This document shows positions 14,365 through 22,781 of a DNA stretch of 32,000 bases, piece by piece. The notes beneath the pieces are model-generated. The model searched no databases. It was given only the letters and a program-made list of their open reading frames with translations, and was not told where the DNA came from. The stretch lies in assembly GCA_964252075.1 (NCBI GenBank), contig CAXULY010000021.1, positions 56,308-88,307 on the forward strand. The letters are read 5' to 3'. This stretch comes from an uncultured Deinococcaceae bacterium (GTDB taxonomy: Bacteria > Deinococcota > Deinococci > Deinococcales > Deinococcaceae). Within the stretch, counting starts at the first letter, position 1, and each line of letters starts with the position of its first letter. A program made the position numbers and the translations under genes.

Positions 14365-15044
14365 CCGTCGCGCAGGATGTGCTCGCGAGCGCGGACCCCC
14401 TGGCCGCGCAGGCGACGGCCGCGCACAGCGCCGCCACGGAGGACCTCGGCGCGGACGAGGCGCGCACCGCCGCGCGCGCTCTGCTGGGCGCGGCGCGCGC
14501 CGCCAGCAACGCGACCGCGCAGAAAGTCGCGCAGGACGTGATCGGCACCCTCGCGGACGCCGCGGGCGCCCTGGCGGGCGGCAACCAGGCGCAACTCGCG
14601 CAGGCCGCGCAGACCCTGGCGGGCGTGCAGGCGAGCGTGCAGGCCGTGCAGGCGAACCTCCAGGCGGGCGTGACGCTCGTGGACGCCGCGCAGCGCCTCG
14701 CGCTGAACCCGCAGGGCGCCCTCACGACGGACGCCACGACCCTGGCGAGCGTCCTGCGCGTCGCGGGCGAGTACGCGCAGCGCAGCAAAGCGCCGGGCCT
14801 CGCGCGCGCCGTGACGCTCCTGACGAGCCTCGCGAAGCACGCCAGTGACCTCGCGGCGAGGAAGGCGAACCAGCAGCCGCCCGCGCCTCTCACGCCGCTG
14901 GAGTTCACGCTGGGCGTCAGCGTCCCGTTCGCGCTCGACGCGCTGAGCGGCGACCCCAGCCAGAAGTACGTCACAGCGGGCCTCATGGGCGCGTCGAAGA
15001 CCCTCACGGCCCTCGCGGAGGCGCGCGCCGGGGGTACGCCGTGA
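14361..15044 (+). CDS. Ala/Gln-rich helical hypothetical protein (227 aa)
   Basis: GTG 14361 overlaps the previous stop (GTGA). It is trimmed from tracked ORF 14100-15044. Its function is unknown. Confidence 0.6.
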   Translation: MTVAQDVLASADPLAAQATAAHSAATEDLGADEARTAARALLGAARAASNATAQKVAQDVIGTLADAAGALAGGNQAQLAQAAQTLAGVQASVQAVQANLQAGVTLVDAAQRLALNPQGALTTDATTLASVLRVAGEYAQRSKAPGLARAVTLLTSLAKHASDLAARKANQQPPAPLTPLEFTLGVSVPFALDALSGDPSQKYVTAGLMGASKTLTALAEARAGGTP

Positions 15045-15646
15045 CGGTCGCGCGCGGCGCCGTCCTGGCGGGCGAGAACATCGTGACGCTCGCCGCGCGC
15101 CTCACCGGGGACGCGCGCAGGTGGCAGGAACTCGTGACGCTCAACGGCCTCACCCCGCCGTACGTGTCCGACGCGGGCGGGCCGGGCGTCCTCGCGCCGG
15201 GCGACGCGGTGCTGTACCCGACCTCCAGCGAACCCGCGCCCACCGTGGACGCGGCGCTGCTGGAGGTCCGCACGTACTTCCGGGACCTCGCGGTGGAGGG
15301 CGGCGACCTTCAGTTCAACGCCGCGGGCGGCCTCGTCACGGTGAGCGGCCTGGAGAACCTGCAGGCCGCGCTCGGGCGGCGCCTGCGCACGCTCATCGGG
15401 CGCCACCCGTTCCACCCAGGCTTCGGGAACCGCGCGGTGCTGGCGCTCGGTGAGGTGGCGGACGAGGGCGCGCTGGCGCTGCTGGCGAGCGACACGCGCG
15501 CCGCCATCACGCGCGACCCGCGCGTGCAGGACTGCGCGGTGGCGCTGGAGTGGGCGAGCACGCACGTGCTGCGCGCCCACCTCACGGTCACGCCCGTCCC
15601 GCCCGGGACGGTCTTCACCCTCTCGGAACTGCTGGACGTGCGGTGA
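15041..15646 (+). CDS. LysM-like domain fused to a gp25/GPW-like baseplate wedge protein (201 aa)
   Basis: The N-terminus GENIVTLAARLTGDARRWQELVTLNGL...LAPGDAVLYP is LysM-like. The segment LQAALGRRLRTLIGRHPFHPGFG matches the gp25/W signature. It lies upstream of baseplate J. Confidence 0.7.
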   Translation: MTVARGAVLAGENIVTLAARLTGDARRWQELVTLNGLTPPYVSDAGGPGVLAPGDAVLYPTSSEPAPTVDAALLEVRTYFRDLAVEGGDLQFNAAGGLVTVSGLENLQAALGRRLRTLIGRHPFHPGFGNRAVLALGEVADEGALALLASDTRAAITRDPRVQDCAVALEWASTHVLRAHLTVTPVPPGTVFTLSELLDVR

Positions 15647-15802
15647 TTACAGGCATCCGCCGCACGGCTCCGGCGCGAGCAGCGGCGAGAAGCACCCGCC
15701 GCAGGGTTCCGGCGCGAGCGTGAGCGCGAGGAGCGTCACGAGGGCCGCGAGGGCGAGCGCGAGGGTCTTGAGGGGCGGGACTGCGGTGCGGGTGGTCGTC
15801 AT
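15647..15802 (-). CDS. 51-aa hydrophobic peptide with a duplicated LAPEPCGGC motif (MTTTRTAVPPLKTLALALAALVTLLALTLAPEPCGGCFSPLLAPEPCGGCL)
   Basis: I reverse-complemented and translated it by hand. 48 of 51 third positions are G or C. It has a signal- or TM-like core. The TAA at 15647-15649 abuts the TGA of the convergent W-like gene. TAGCGT sits 6 nt upstream of the ATG. It is too short for the ORF track. Confidence 0.6.
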   Translation of the reverse strand: MTTTRTAVPPLKTLALALAALVTLLALTLAPEPCGGCFSPLLAPEPCGGCL

Positions 15803-15884
15803 GCCCGCACGCTAGCAGCGCCACGCGCGGGCATGGCCGGATTTCCACTTTTTCGCAGCGACCAACCGTGAATTCTTCAATCGG

Positions 15885-15986
15885 TCAGCAGGTGCCGCAC
15901 ACGACCGGCACGTCCCGCAGTGCGAGCGCGAGGGCGGTGAGGGCGAGCAGGAGGGCCAGGGGCAGGCGGACGCGCAGGAAGGTCAT
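15885..15986 (-). CDS. 33-aa hydrophobic peptide ending in CGTC (MTFLRVRLPLALLLALTALALALRDVPVVCGTC)
   Basis: Hand translation gives nearly all G/C third positions. It has the same architecture as the 51-aa neighbour, a TM or signal segment followed by a C-terminal CxxC, and lies 82 nt upstream of it on the same strand. Confidence 0.55.
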   Translation of the reverse strand: MTFLRVRLPLALLLALTALALALRDVPVVCGTC

Positions 15987-16088
15987 CACGCCCCGATGCT
16001 GGCACGCCGCGGCGCGGGGGGTGCGTGGTTTCGGTCTTGCGCACAGGCGAAATCATGGCCCCCCGCCTCCGACCGCACCCTTGAGCGC

Positions 16089-17150
16089 ATGAGCCGCTAC
16101 CCGAAGTCGTTTGACCAAAGCCTGGGCGACCTCGCCCGCTCCCTGTGGGGCGACCTGGGTAGGCAGCCGGACCTCGTGGAGGGCAGCGACCTGCGCAGCA
16201 TCCTCGAAGCGGTGGCGTTCCAGGTGGCGGACCTCAGTTACCGCCAGGAGGCCGCCATTGACGCGGCGGTGCCGGAGGCCATCTACCGCGCGTTCGGCTT
16301 CGAGTTGCAGCAGGGCGTGAACGCGCAGGGCGTCCTCACGGTGACGCTCGCGGGGCCCCTGCCGTACGACACCACCATCCCGACGGGCAGCGAGGTGCTG
16401 ACGGACGGCGGCGTGAGCGCCCTCACGACCGCGGAGCTCACCATCGCGGCGGGGCAGGTGTCGGGCACCGTGACGGCCCTCTCGGCGCAGCCGGGCGCCG
16501 CGGGGAACGTGCCGGCGCTGGCGTTCCGGCGCTTCGCGTTCACGGTGCCGGGTGTGTCGGGTGTGACGAATCCGCAGGCCTTCGCGGGCGGGCGGGACGT
16601 GGAAACCCTCACGGAGCAGCAGGACCGCTTCATTGCGTTCCTCGTGTCGCTCGACGCGTCCAGCGAGGGCGGCCTCGCGGAGCTGCTGCTGCGCACCACG
16701 CTGAACGGCGAGTCGCTCACCGCGTGCCGCGTCGTGGACGGCACGGAGGACCCCAGCATTCCGCCGGGGCGCTTCCTCGCGTACTGCTACCGCCCCGCGG
16801 GCATCACGGACGCCTACCGGGACGCGCTGTGGCAGGTCATGCAGTCGCGCCGCGCGGCGGGCGCGCTGGGCGCCATCGTGCGCGTGACGCCCACGCCGGT
16901 GGACGTGGTGGTGACGGTCGCGACGCGCCGCGCGGGCGTCGCGGTGGACCTCACGCGCGCCGCGCAGGCGTACTTCACCGCGCTGCCGTTCGGCGCGAAG
17001 GTCAGCTACGAGAACCTCATCACGGCCCTCACGACCAGCTCGCCGGACGTGCGGGAGGTGACGCTGGTGAGCCCGCCGGCGGACCTCATGGCGGCGACCG
17101 GGCAGCACTACCGGCTGGGGGACGTGCAGGTGAGTGAGGTGCTGCTGTGA
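16089..17150 (+). CDS. Baseplate J-like protein (353 aa)
   Basis: ..GVLTVTLAGPLPYDTTIPTGSEVLTDGGVSALTTAELTIAAGQVSGTVTALSAQPGAAGNV.. is the typical Baseplate_J pattern. The position fits. ATG 16089 is trimmed from tracked ORF 15996-17150. Confidence 0.85.
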   Translation: MSRYPKSFDQSLGDLARSLWGDLGRQPDLVEGSDLRSILEAVAFQVADLSYRQEAAIDAAVPEAIYRAFGFELQQGVNAQGVLTVTLAGPLPYDTTIPTGSEVLTDGGVSALTTAELTIAAGQVSGTVTALSAQPGAAGNVPALAFRRFAFTVPGVSGVTNPQAFAGGRDVETLTEQQDRFIAFLVSLDASSEGGLAELLLRTTLNGESLTACRVVDGTEDPSIPPGRFLAYCYRPAGITDAYRDALWQVMQSRRAAGALGAIVRVTPTPVDVVVTVATRRAGVAVDLTRAAQAYFTALPFGAKVSYENLITALTTSSPDVREVTLVSPPADLMAATGQHYRLGDVQVSEVLL

Positions 17151-18607
17151 CGACCACGGTGAGCGTCGCGCGCGGCCTCACGGTGCCGCTGGGGGACGGC
17201 GTGCGCGCCGTGCGGGTGCGCGCCAGCGGCAGCCCCGTGGACGGCGCGAGCCGCAGCGCCTTTTGGGTGGGCCGCGCGGCCCTCGCGCCCCAGTCGCCCG
17301 CCGTGCTGGTGCAGCCGCTCGGTGAGGGCGAGGTGGTGGCGCTGCCCAGCGCGCCCCTGACGGCTGAGGGCCTGCCGCTGGCGCAGGTGGGCGCGGACGG
17401 CTTCACGCGCGTGGGCGCGGGCAAGGTGCCGACGACCGAGCTGGGCCTCCGCGCGAACGCGCCGCTGAACGGCCTCGCGCTGTTCCTGGACAGCCGCGAC
17501 CTGCTGAACGCCGCGGGGCACGGCACGGCCGTCACGGTGGTGATCGAGGTGTGGCGCGACGCCGACGCGCTGGAGGTCATCACGCGCGACGTGCGGATCT
17601 CGTTCACGCGCCCGACGGGCGTCGCCACGTACCTCATCGCGGCGAACGGCTCCTACCTGACCCTCACGGGCGTCACGGACGACGCCCTCACGTACCGCGT
17701 GACGTTCCGCGACGGCACGACCGCCGAGGGCCTCATCGAGGACCGCCCGGAGGGCGTGACGTTCCTCGCGGGCGACCGCTCCCCGGTGTCGGTGGAGCTG
17801 CTGGACGACGCGCTCAGCACCAGCGGCAACATCCTGGTGCGCGTGTCGCGCGAGCGGCCCGCCACGAGCCCCACGAACGCCCTGAGCGCGTGGCCGCTCC
17901 CCCCGTACCTGGACCCAACGAAACCGAACCTCGCGGCGCTGCTGCGCGCGTTCTCGGTGGCGCTCCAGATCGGCGCGGACGACGCGGGCGACGCGCTGGA
18001 CGTGACGCGCGCGCAGGGCGCGGACGTGGACCGCGTGGCGCGCTACTTCGGCGTGTACCGCCTGCCGGGCGAGCGGGACGCGGAACTCGCGACGCGCGTG
18101 CAGGGCGCGCTGTTCCCCAATAAGCAGAGCCCCGCGGGCATGAGCGCCTGGCTCGCCACGCAGGGCGCGCCCGGCGCGGTCGTCGAAGACCTCGGCACCC
18201 TGCTGGGCCGCAACCCCTACATGCTGAACGGGGAGTGGCGCCTGGACGGCACCGTGAGCCTCGGCAGCCGCAGCGTGAAGGGCGTGGACCGCCCCGGCGT
18301 GTTCAACGTGCGCTTCGACACCGCGCCGCCGATTGGCTGGGAGAAGGTGCGCGCGCTGGTGGACCGCGCGGCGAGCGCCGGCATGATCGGGCGCATCGTG
18401 CACACGAACGACACGCAGGCGAGCGTGCTGGGCCGCAGCCGCGCGGACCTCACGGCGCGCGCCCGCAGCGCCGTCGCGGCGCCCACGTACGGCGTGCGCC
18501 TCACCGTCACGAGTTCCCGCCTGCAGCTCAACGGGCGGTGGGACCTCACGGGCGCGCAGGAGATTGACAGTGACCGCAACGGCCCGCCCACGGTGGACGT
18601 GTACTGA
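17147..18607 (+). CDS. Baseplate/tail protein, gpI / DUF2313-like C-terminal half (486 aa)
   Basis: The GTG start overlaps the J stop. The segment ..NLAALLRAFSVALQIGADDAGDALDVTRAQGADVDRVARYFGV.. resembles P2 gpI / Mu gp48-type proteins, which follow J. Confidence 0.65.
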   Translation: MTTTVSVARGLTVPLGDGVRAVRVRASGSPVDGASRSAFWVGRAALAPQSPAVLVQPLGEGEVVALPSAPLTAEGLPLAQVGADGFTRVGAGKVPTTELGLRANAPLNGLALFLDSRDLLNAAGHGTAVTVVIEVWRDADALEVITRDVRISFTRPTGVATYLIAANGSYLTLTGVTDDALTYRVTFRDGTTAEGLIEDRPEGVTFLAGDRSPVSVELLDDALSTSGNILVRVSRERPATSPTNALSAWPLPPYLDPTKPNLAALLRAFSVALQIGADDAGDALDVTRAQGADVDRVARYFGVYRLPGERDAELATRVQGALFPNKQSPAGMSAWLATQGAPGAVVEDLGTLLGRNPYMLNGEWRLDGTVSLGSRSVKGVDRPGVFNVRFDTAPPIGWEKVRALVDRAASAGMIGRIVHTNDTQASVLGRSRADLTARARSAVAAPTYGVRLTVTSSRLQLNGRWDLTGAQEIDSDRNGPPTVDVY

Positions 18608-18617
18608 GCGCCGCGCC

Positions 18618-18649
18618 TGACCCCCCGCGCGCGGCGCGACCATGCACGC
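18618..18649 (+). repeat. 32-nt spacer TGACCCCCCGCGCGC.. (copy 3 of 3)
   Basis: The 15-mer is identical to copy 1 and lies exactly 32 nt before ATG 18650. Here the TGA is not the stop of the upstream gene, which ends at 18607. It is embedded in the hairpin GCGCCGCGC...GCGCGGCGC (18608-18637). Confidence 0.55.
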
Positions 18650-19036
18650 ATGGACTACCGCATGACGCAGGCGTACCAGTTGCGGGTCGCCAAAACCATC
18701 ATGAACGAGGTGGGGGCGGGCAGCCTCAAGCCCGCGACGGTCGTGCTGGGGGACGGCGCGTACGACGCCGCCACCTTCACGGTGCGCCCGCCCGCCGAGA
18801 CGATGTACCACCCCACCACCAACGTGCCGGCGCAGGTGGCGCGCGCGGGCGGCGGCGTGAGCGCGCACGCGGAGCTGCCCGGCGACGGGGACCTCACGTA
18901 CATCAACGAGGTGGGCCTCCTCACGGATGACGGGCTCCTCATCCTGCACCGCACGTTCGCGCCGCAACCCCTGGTGAGCGGCATGTCGCTCGCGCTGGAC
19001 TTCATCCTCAACCCGGAAGCGCTGGCGCTCGCATGA
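18650..19036 (+). CDS. Tail-collar fibre-type N-terminal domain protein (128 aa)
   Basis: ..VVLGDGAYDAAT... and ..YINEVGLLTDDGLLIL.. resemble the conserved fibre N-terminal (DUF3751-like) signature I/V-x-E-I/V-G-L-x-D-x-D-G-x-L. Confidence 0.6.
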   Translation: MDYRMTQAYQLRVAKTIMNEVGAGSLKPATVVLGDGAYDAATFTVRPPAETMYHPTTNVPAQVARAGGGVSAHAELPGDGDLTYINEVGLLTDDGLLILHRTFAPQPLVSGMSLALDFILNPEALALA

Positions 19037-19497
19037 TCGGGGACCCCACCGCCGAGTTCTCCTACGCGCTGCGCGACCTGCAAGAAACCGACCTCGCGCT
19101 GCCCGAAACGTGGGACCCGCAGCTCCAAGCGCTGCTGAACAACGACGCCATCCTGAAGCGCGCCGTGGACCGCCTGCTGAACCCCGGCCTCATGCTGGGC
19201 CTCACGGGCGGCGACGACCGCCGCGTGCTATACGTGAAGTCCGACGGGACGTGCGCGAACTTCGACCCCGTGACGGCCAGCGCGCCCATCGCCTCCTTCG
19301 TGAAGGTGGACGGCGCGTACTACGGCCCCAACAACTACGCGCCCGTGGGCAACCTGCAAATGGAAACCGCGTACTTCGCGGGCGCGGACGGCGTGCTCAC
19401 CACGATTCCCCCCACGCAGGGCGAACGCATCTTCGTCGGCGTGGCCGCCTCGCCCACCCACCTGCAGGTGCGCCTGCTGCCCCTGTACCGGAGGTAA
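19033..19497 (+). CDS. Hypothetical fibre-associated protein (154 aa)
   Basis: ATGA overlap with the upstream gene and coherent codon bias. Confidence 0.6.
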   Translation: MIGDPTAEFSYALRDLQETDLALPETWDPQLQALLNNDAILKRAVDRLLNPGLMLGLTGGDDRRVLYVKSDGTCANFDPVTASAPIASFVKVDGAYYGPNNYAPVGNLQMETAYFAGADGVLTTIPPTQGERIFVGVAASPTHLQVRLLPLYRR

Positions 19498-19500
19498 GGC

Positions 19501-20649
19501 ATGCAACTCGGCATCACCCACCAGATCAACGGCCTCGCGGTCGCGCTTCAGGCGCAGGGCGAGGCGCTGAACCCCTCGTGGAACTACGGGGACGGCACCG
19601 CCGCGGCCACTGGCTTCAGCGTCACGCACACCTACGCGCAGGCCGGCACGTACACCGTCACGCTCACGATGACGGACCCCACGAACAGCGCCACCACGCA
19701 GCAGGTCACGGAGAGCATCACGGTCGGCGCGGGCATCGTGTCGCAGGGCAGCAGCGGCGCGACCGTCGCGGTCGTGCGCCCGAACGGCTTTTTGGGCGTG
19801 GGCTTCGACGTGCAGAAGGCGATTTTCACGGGCGCCACCAGCGGCCCCGGCAGCCTCGCCGTCACGACGCGCGCGGACGTGACGCTCACGCTGACCGGCC
19901 CGAGCAACTACGCGCAGCAGAAAAGCGGCCCCAGCGCGACGTTCGACACGCTCGCGGCGGGCGAGTACAGCCTCGCGTGCAAACTCGCGGACGGCACGCT
20001 GCTGCGCACGTACGCCGTCACCATCCTGCCCGGCCAGAACCGCACGATTGTCACGGCGTTCGCGAAGCTCATCGTGCAGGCGCAGAAGACCGGCGAGACG
20101 TACACGGGCACGCCCATCTACCAGGGCTTCAGCATTGACCAGATCCTCGTGCGGCCCTCGAACGCCAACTACTACACGCCGCCCGGCCCGCAGGGCTCCG
20201 ACCCGCACTACCAGACCGTGAACGGGCGCGGCACCTACACCTTTGACCCCATCCCGGCCGGTCAGTACCGCATCAACACCACCATGTTCAACGGCAGCGC
20301 CATCGTGCACCCCACGTATGACGTGACGGTGGACGAGGGCGGCACCATGACCGTCACGGCGGGCACCACCACGGTGTCCCCGAACACCGGGCGCCTCATC
20401 GTGCAGACGGGCCTGCCAGGCGTCGAGGTGAACCTCACCGCCGCGAACAGCAACGGGCAGGCCGGCACGTACACGCCCACCGTGACGGGCGCGGACGGCA
20501 GCGCGACCTTCAACCTGACCTTCGGCGGCGCGAGCAGCATCAGCGGCAGCGCGCGTGCGGTCAAGAACGGGTATGTCACGTCCACCCTGAACTTCCAGGT
20601 GCTCTCCGGGCAGACGCAGACCCTCACGTTCACGATGCGCGCCGGCTGA
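19501..20649 (+). CDS. PKD-domain protein followed by Ig-like/beta-sandwich repeats (382 aa); fibre or decoration protein
   Basis: WNYGDGTAAATGFSVTHTYAQAGTYTVTLTMTD is a classical PKD motif. Later periodic segments (FDTLAAGEYSLACK, FDPIPAGQYRIN) suggest repeated beta-sandwich domains. Confidence 0.8.
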   Translation: MQLGITHQINGLAVALQAQGEALNPSWNYGDGTAAATGFSVTHTYAQAGTYTVTLTMTDPTNSATTQQVTESITVGAGIVSQGSSGATVAVVRPNGFLGVGFDVQKAIFTGATSGPGSLAVTTRADVTLTLTGPSNYAQQKSGPSATFDTLAAGEYSLACKLADGTLLRTYAVTILPGQNRTIVTAFAKLIVQAQKTGETYTGTPIYQGFSIDQILVRPSNANYYTPPGPQGSDPHYQTVNGRGTYTFDPIPAGQYRINTTMFNGSAIVHPTYDVTVDEGGTMTVTAGTTTVSPNTGRLIVQTGLPGVEVNLTAANSNGQAGTYTPTVTGADGSATFNLTFGGASSISGSARAVKNGYVTSTLNFQVLSGQTQTLTFTMRAG

Positions 20650-20661
20650 GCCGCGCCCCCC

Positions 20662-20694
20662 GAGCGCCCGCGCGGACACCCCGCGCGGGCGCTC
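20662..20694 (+). other. 14-bp perfect GC hairpin (GAGCGCCCGCGCGG-acacc-CCGCGCGGGCGCTC) with no T-run
   Basis: Read directly from the sequence. It has the same ACACC loop as the terminator at 215-242. It could be an RNA-stabilising or termination element. Confidence 0.5.
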
Positions 20695-20706
20695 ACCGTT
20701 GGCGGC

Positions 20707-21726
20707 ATGGCACCCCTCTTGGACCTCGCGACGAAGCTGTGGACTACCACCATCTTCAAATTGCGCCTCGCGCAGCTCGTGACGGACGGCGCCGCGGACG
20801 GCGACGTGCCGACCTACCAGGATGGCGTGGTGGCGTGGCGCCCGCCGCAGGGCGGCGGCGTCACGCTGGAGCAGGTGCAGGACGCGGTGGCGAACCTCGT
20901 CAAGCCCGGCAGCAACGTGGACGTGACGTACGACGACGACGCGGGCACCCTCACCATCTCCAGCACGGGCGGCGGGAGCGGCATCGAGCCCTTCCCGTAC
21001 ACCGGCCTGTACCCGGCGGTGCTGTTCACGCCGACCACCACGACGGGCGAGCTGGACGTGCGCTGGAGCGAGAGCGACCAGGGCGCGAACGCCGGCTCGT
21101 TCGTGCTGTTCGGCTTCCAACCCGGCCAGGAGAACACCGTGTCGGGCTACGCAATGGTCGTGGCGAACGAGGACCACATCCCACCGGGCGCGTTCGCGGT
21201 GGTGGCGGACGGCCAGAGCCCCCCGCGCATGGCGTACCGCGACGCGAACGGCACCGTCAGCACGCTGGGTGGGGGCCTGAGCGTCACGGTGGGCGCGGAC
21301 GGCTACGCGCACTTCGAGGAGGGCGGCGGTGGGAGCGGCGGGAGCGGTGGGGGCACGCCGAGTCGCGCCACGGCGACGTACACCACCGGCCTGCTGAACG
21401 ACGGCGCGACCGAAGTGGGCGAAGTGCCGCTTGGGAAGGGCTACCGCCTCTACAACCTCACGGCGACCAGTGCGGCGTGGGTGCGCGTGTACCTGGACGC
21501 GCAGGCGCGCAGCGACGACGCGAACCGCAGCGTGAACACCGACCCCGGCCCGAACGACGGCGTGGTGGCCGAGATGATCGGCACCAACGCGCGCTACGCC
21601 AGCAGCACGGCGGGCTGGGACGCCAAGGGCACGCCGGACGGCCACATCCCCATCAGCGTCACCAACCGCAGCGGCGCACCCGCCGCCATCACCCTGACCT
21701 TTCTCTACATCAGCCAGGAGGCTTGA
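20707..21726 (+). CDS. Tail fibre-like protein (339 aa)
   Basis: ..SNVDVTYDDDAGTLTISSTGGGSG.. and Gly-rich linkers are typical of fibre shafts. The gene lies in the fibre block. Confidence 0.6.
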   Translation: MAPLLDLATKLWTTTIFKLRLAQLVTDGAADGDVPTYQDGVVAWRPPQGGGVTLEQVQDAVANLVKPGSNVDVTYDDDAGTLTISSTGGGSGIEPFPYTGLYPAVLFTPTTTTGELDVRWSESDQGANAGSFVLFGFQPGQENTVSGYAMVVANEDHIPPGAFAVVADGQSPPRMAYRDANGTVSTLGGGLSVTVGADGYAHFEEGGGGSGGSGGGTPSRATATYTTGLLNDGATEVGEVPLGKGYRLYNLTATSAAWVRVYLDAQARSDDANRSVNTDPGPNDGVVAEMIGTNARYASSTAGWDAKGTPDGHIPISVTNRSGAPAAITLTFLYISQEA

Positions 21727-21728
21727 GC

Positions 21729-22592
21729 ATGAGTGTCTACACCAGCATCCACACCCGCGCGCAGAACAGCGGCGGCACCAGCACCGACAACTGCAAAGCC
21801 TTCGTGCAGGAGATTGACGCGCGCCTCACGCAGGCGGGCTGGACGCGCACCTGGGCGAACAACGACTTCTCGCAGGGCGGCACGCTGCCCGCGATGGCGT
21901 ACCTGATGCCGCAGGCGGGCCTCACGAACCGCTGGGCGGTGCGCTTCGACTTCAGCATCGCGGGCGGTGGCTCCGTGGACATGGCCGTGACGACCGGCAA
22001 GGCGGTGGACGGTGCGGGCGTGGTCGCGGGCGCGTCACCCGCGCGCGGCCTCCTGACCCTCGTGCCCGGCGCGGGCGGCAACGACACCGTGGTTGTCGCC
22101 AGCGAGTACGGCTTCGCCACCGTGATGTGGTGCAACGGCAGCTTCCCCAGCTTCCTGGCGGTGGAGCGGCGCCGCAACATCTCGAACACCTACACCGACG
22201 ACCTGCTGGTGGCGGGCACCGCCTTCAGCGGCAGCGGGACGGGCTGGGTGAGCAACAACGGCGTCCGCAACATCGTCCGCAACTGGACGGTCGGGGAGTA
22301 CGCCGAGCAGGGCATGGCGTACCTCGCGGGCGCCCAGAACGCCGTCAGCTACACGCCCAGCACCCTGAGCACCTCGGACGGCAACGTGGGCTACCCGATG
22401 GGACTCTTCAGCACCTCGGGCGGCCTGGGCGGCGCGCTGCGGCTGGTGCAGGTGTGGGCGACCGGGGACGCCGTGCCGGGCGCCGACCAGAGCATCGAGG
22501 TGGACGGCGCGAGCCGGTTGTACTACTGCCTCAACGTGGACAACGTAGCGGGCTTCCCAGCCAGCGTGCGCCTGCTGGTGGCGAGGCAGTAA
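21729..22592 (+). CDS. Hypothetical fibre-module protein (287 aa)
   Basis: ATG 21729 lies 3 nt after the previous stop. It is trimmed from tracked ORF 20739-22592, whose upstream part overlaps the previous gene out of frame. Confidence 0.6.
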   Translation: MSVYTSIHTRAQNSGGTSTDNCKAFVQEIDARLTQAGWTRTWANNDFSQGGTLPAMAYLMPQAGLTNRWAVRFDFSIAGGGSVDMAVTTGKAVDGAGVVAGASPARGLLTLVPGAGGNDTVVVASEYGFATVMWCNGSFPSFLAVERRRNISNTYTDDLLVAGTAFSGSGTGWVSNNGVRNIVRNWTVGEYAEQGMAYLAGAQNAVSYTPSTLSTSDGNVGYPMGLFSTSGGLGGALRLVQVWATGDAVPGADQSIEVDGASRLYYCLNVDNVAGFPASVRLLVARQ

Positions 22593-22762
22593 TGGCCGCG
22601 CCGACGCTGGGCAAGGCGGACGACTTCGCGGCGGGCCTCGCGCAGGGCGTGCGCTTCCCCGAGAAGTTCAGGCAGGCCACGGGCACCGTGGCCGTCACCG
22701 AGGACAAGACCACGCGCCCCCAGAGCGGGGCGGCGTGGCCCCGTCAGGTCGCGGGGCGCTGA
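22592..22762 (+). CDS. Small hypothetical protein (56 aa)
   Basis: ATG 22592 overlaps the TAA of the upstream gene, GAGG lies upstream, and almost all third positions are G or C. Confidence 0.5.
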   Translation: MAAPTLGKADDFAAGLAQGVRFPEKFRQATGTVAVTEDKTTRPQSGAAWPRQVAGR

Positions 22763-22781
22763 GCACGAAAGGAATGCGAGC

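Noticed and set aside
15615-16092. Tracked ORFs 15615-15848(-) of 77 aa, 15868-16092(+) of 74 aa and 15450-15815(+) of 121 aa, all in the W-J gap.
   Set aside because: Their translations are Arg/Pro-rich and non-protein-like. The two shorter minus-strand frames (15647-15802 and 15885-15986) have near-saturated GC3 and coherent TM plus CxxC architecture, so I preferred them.
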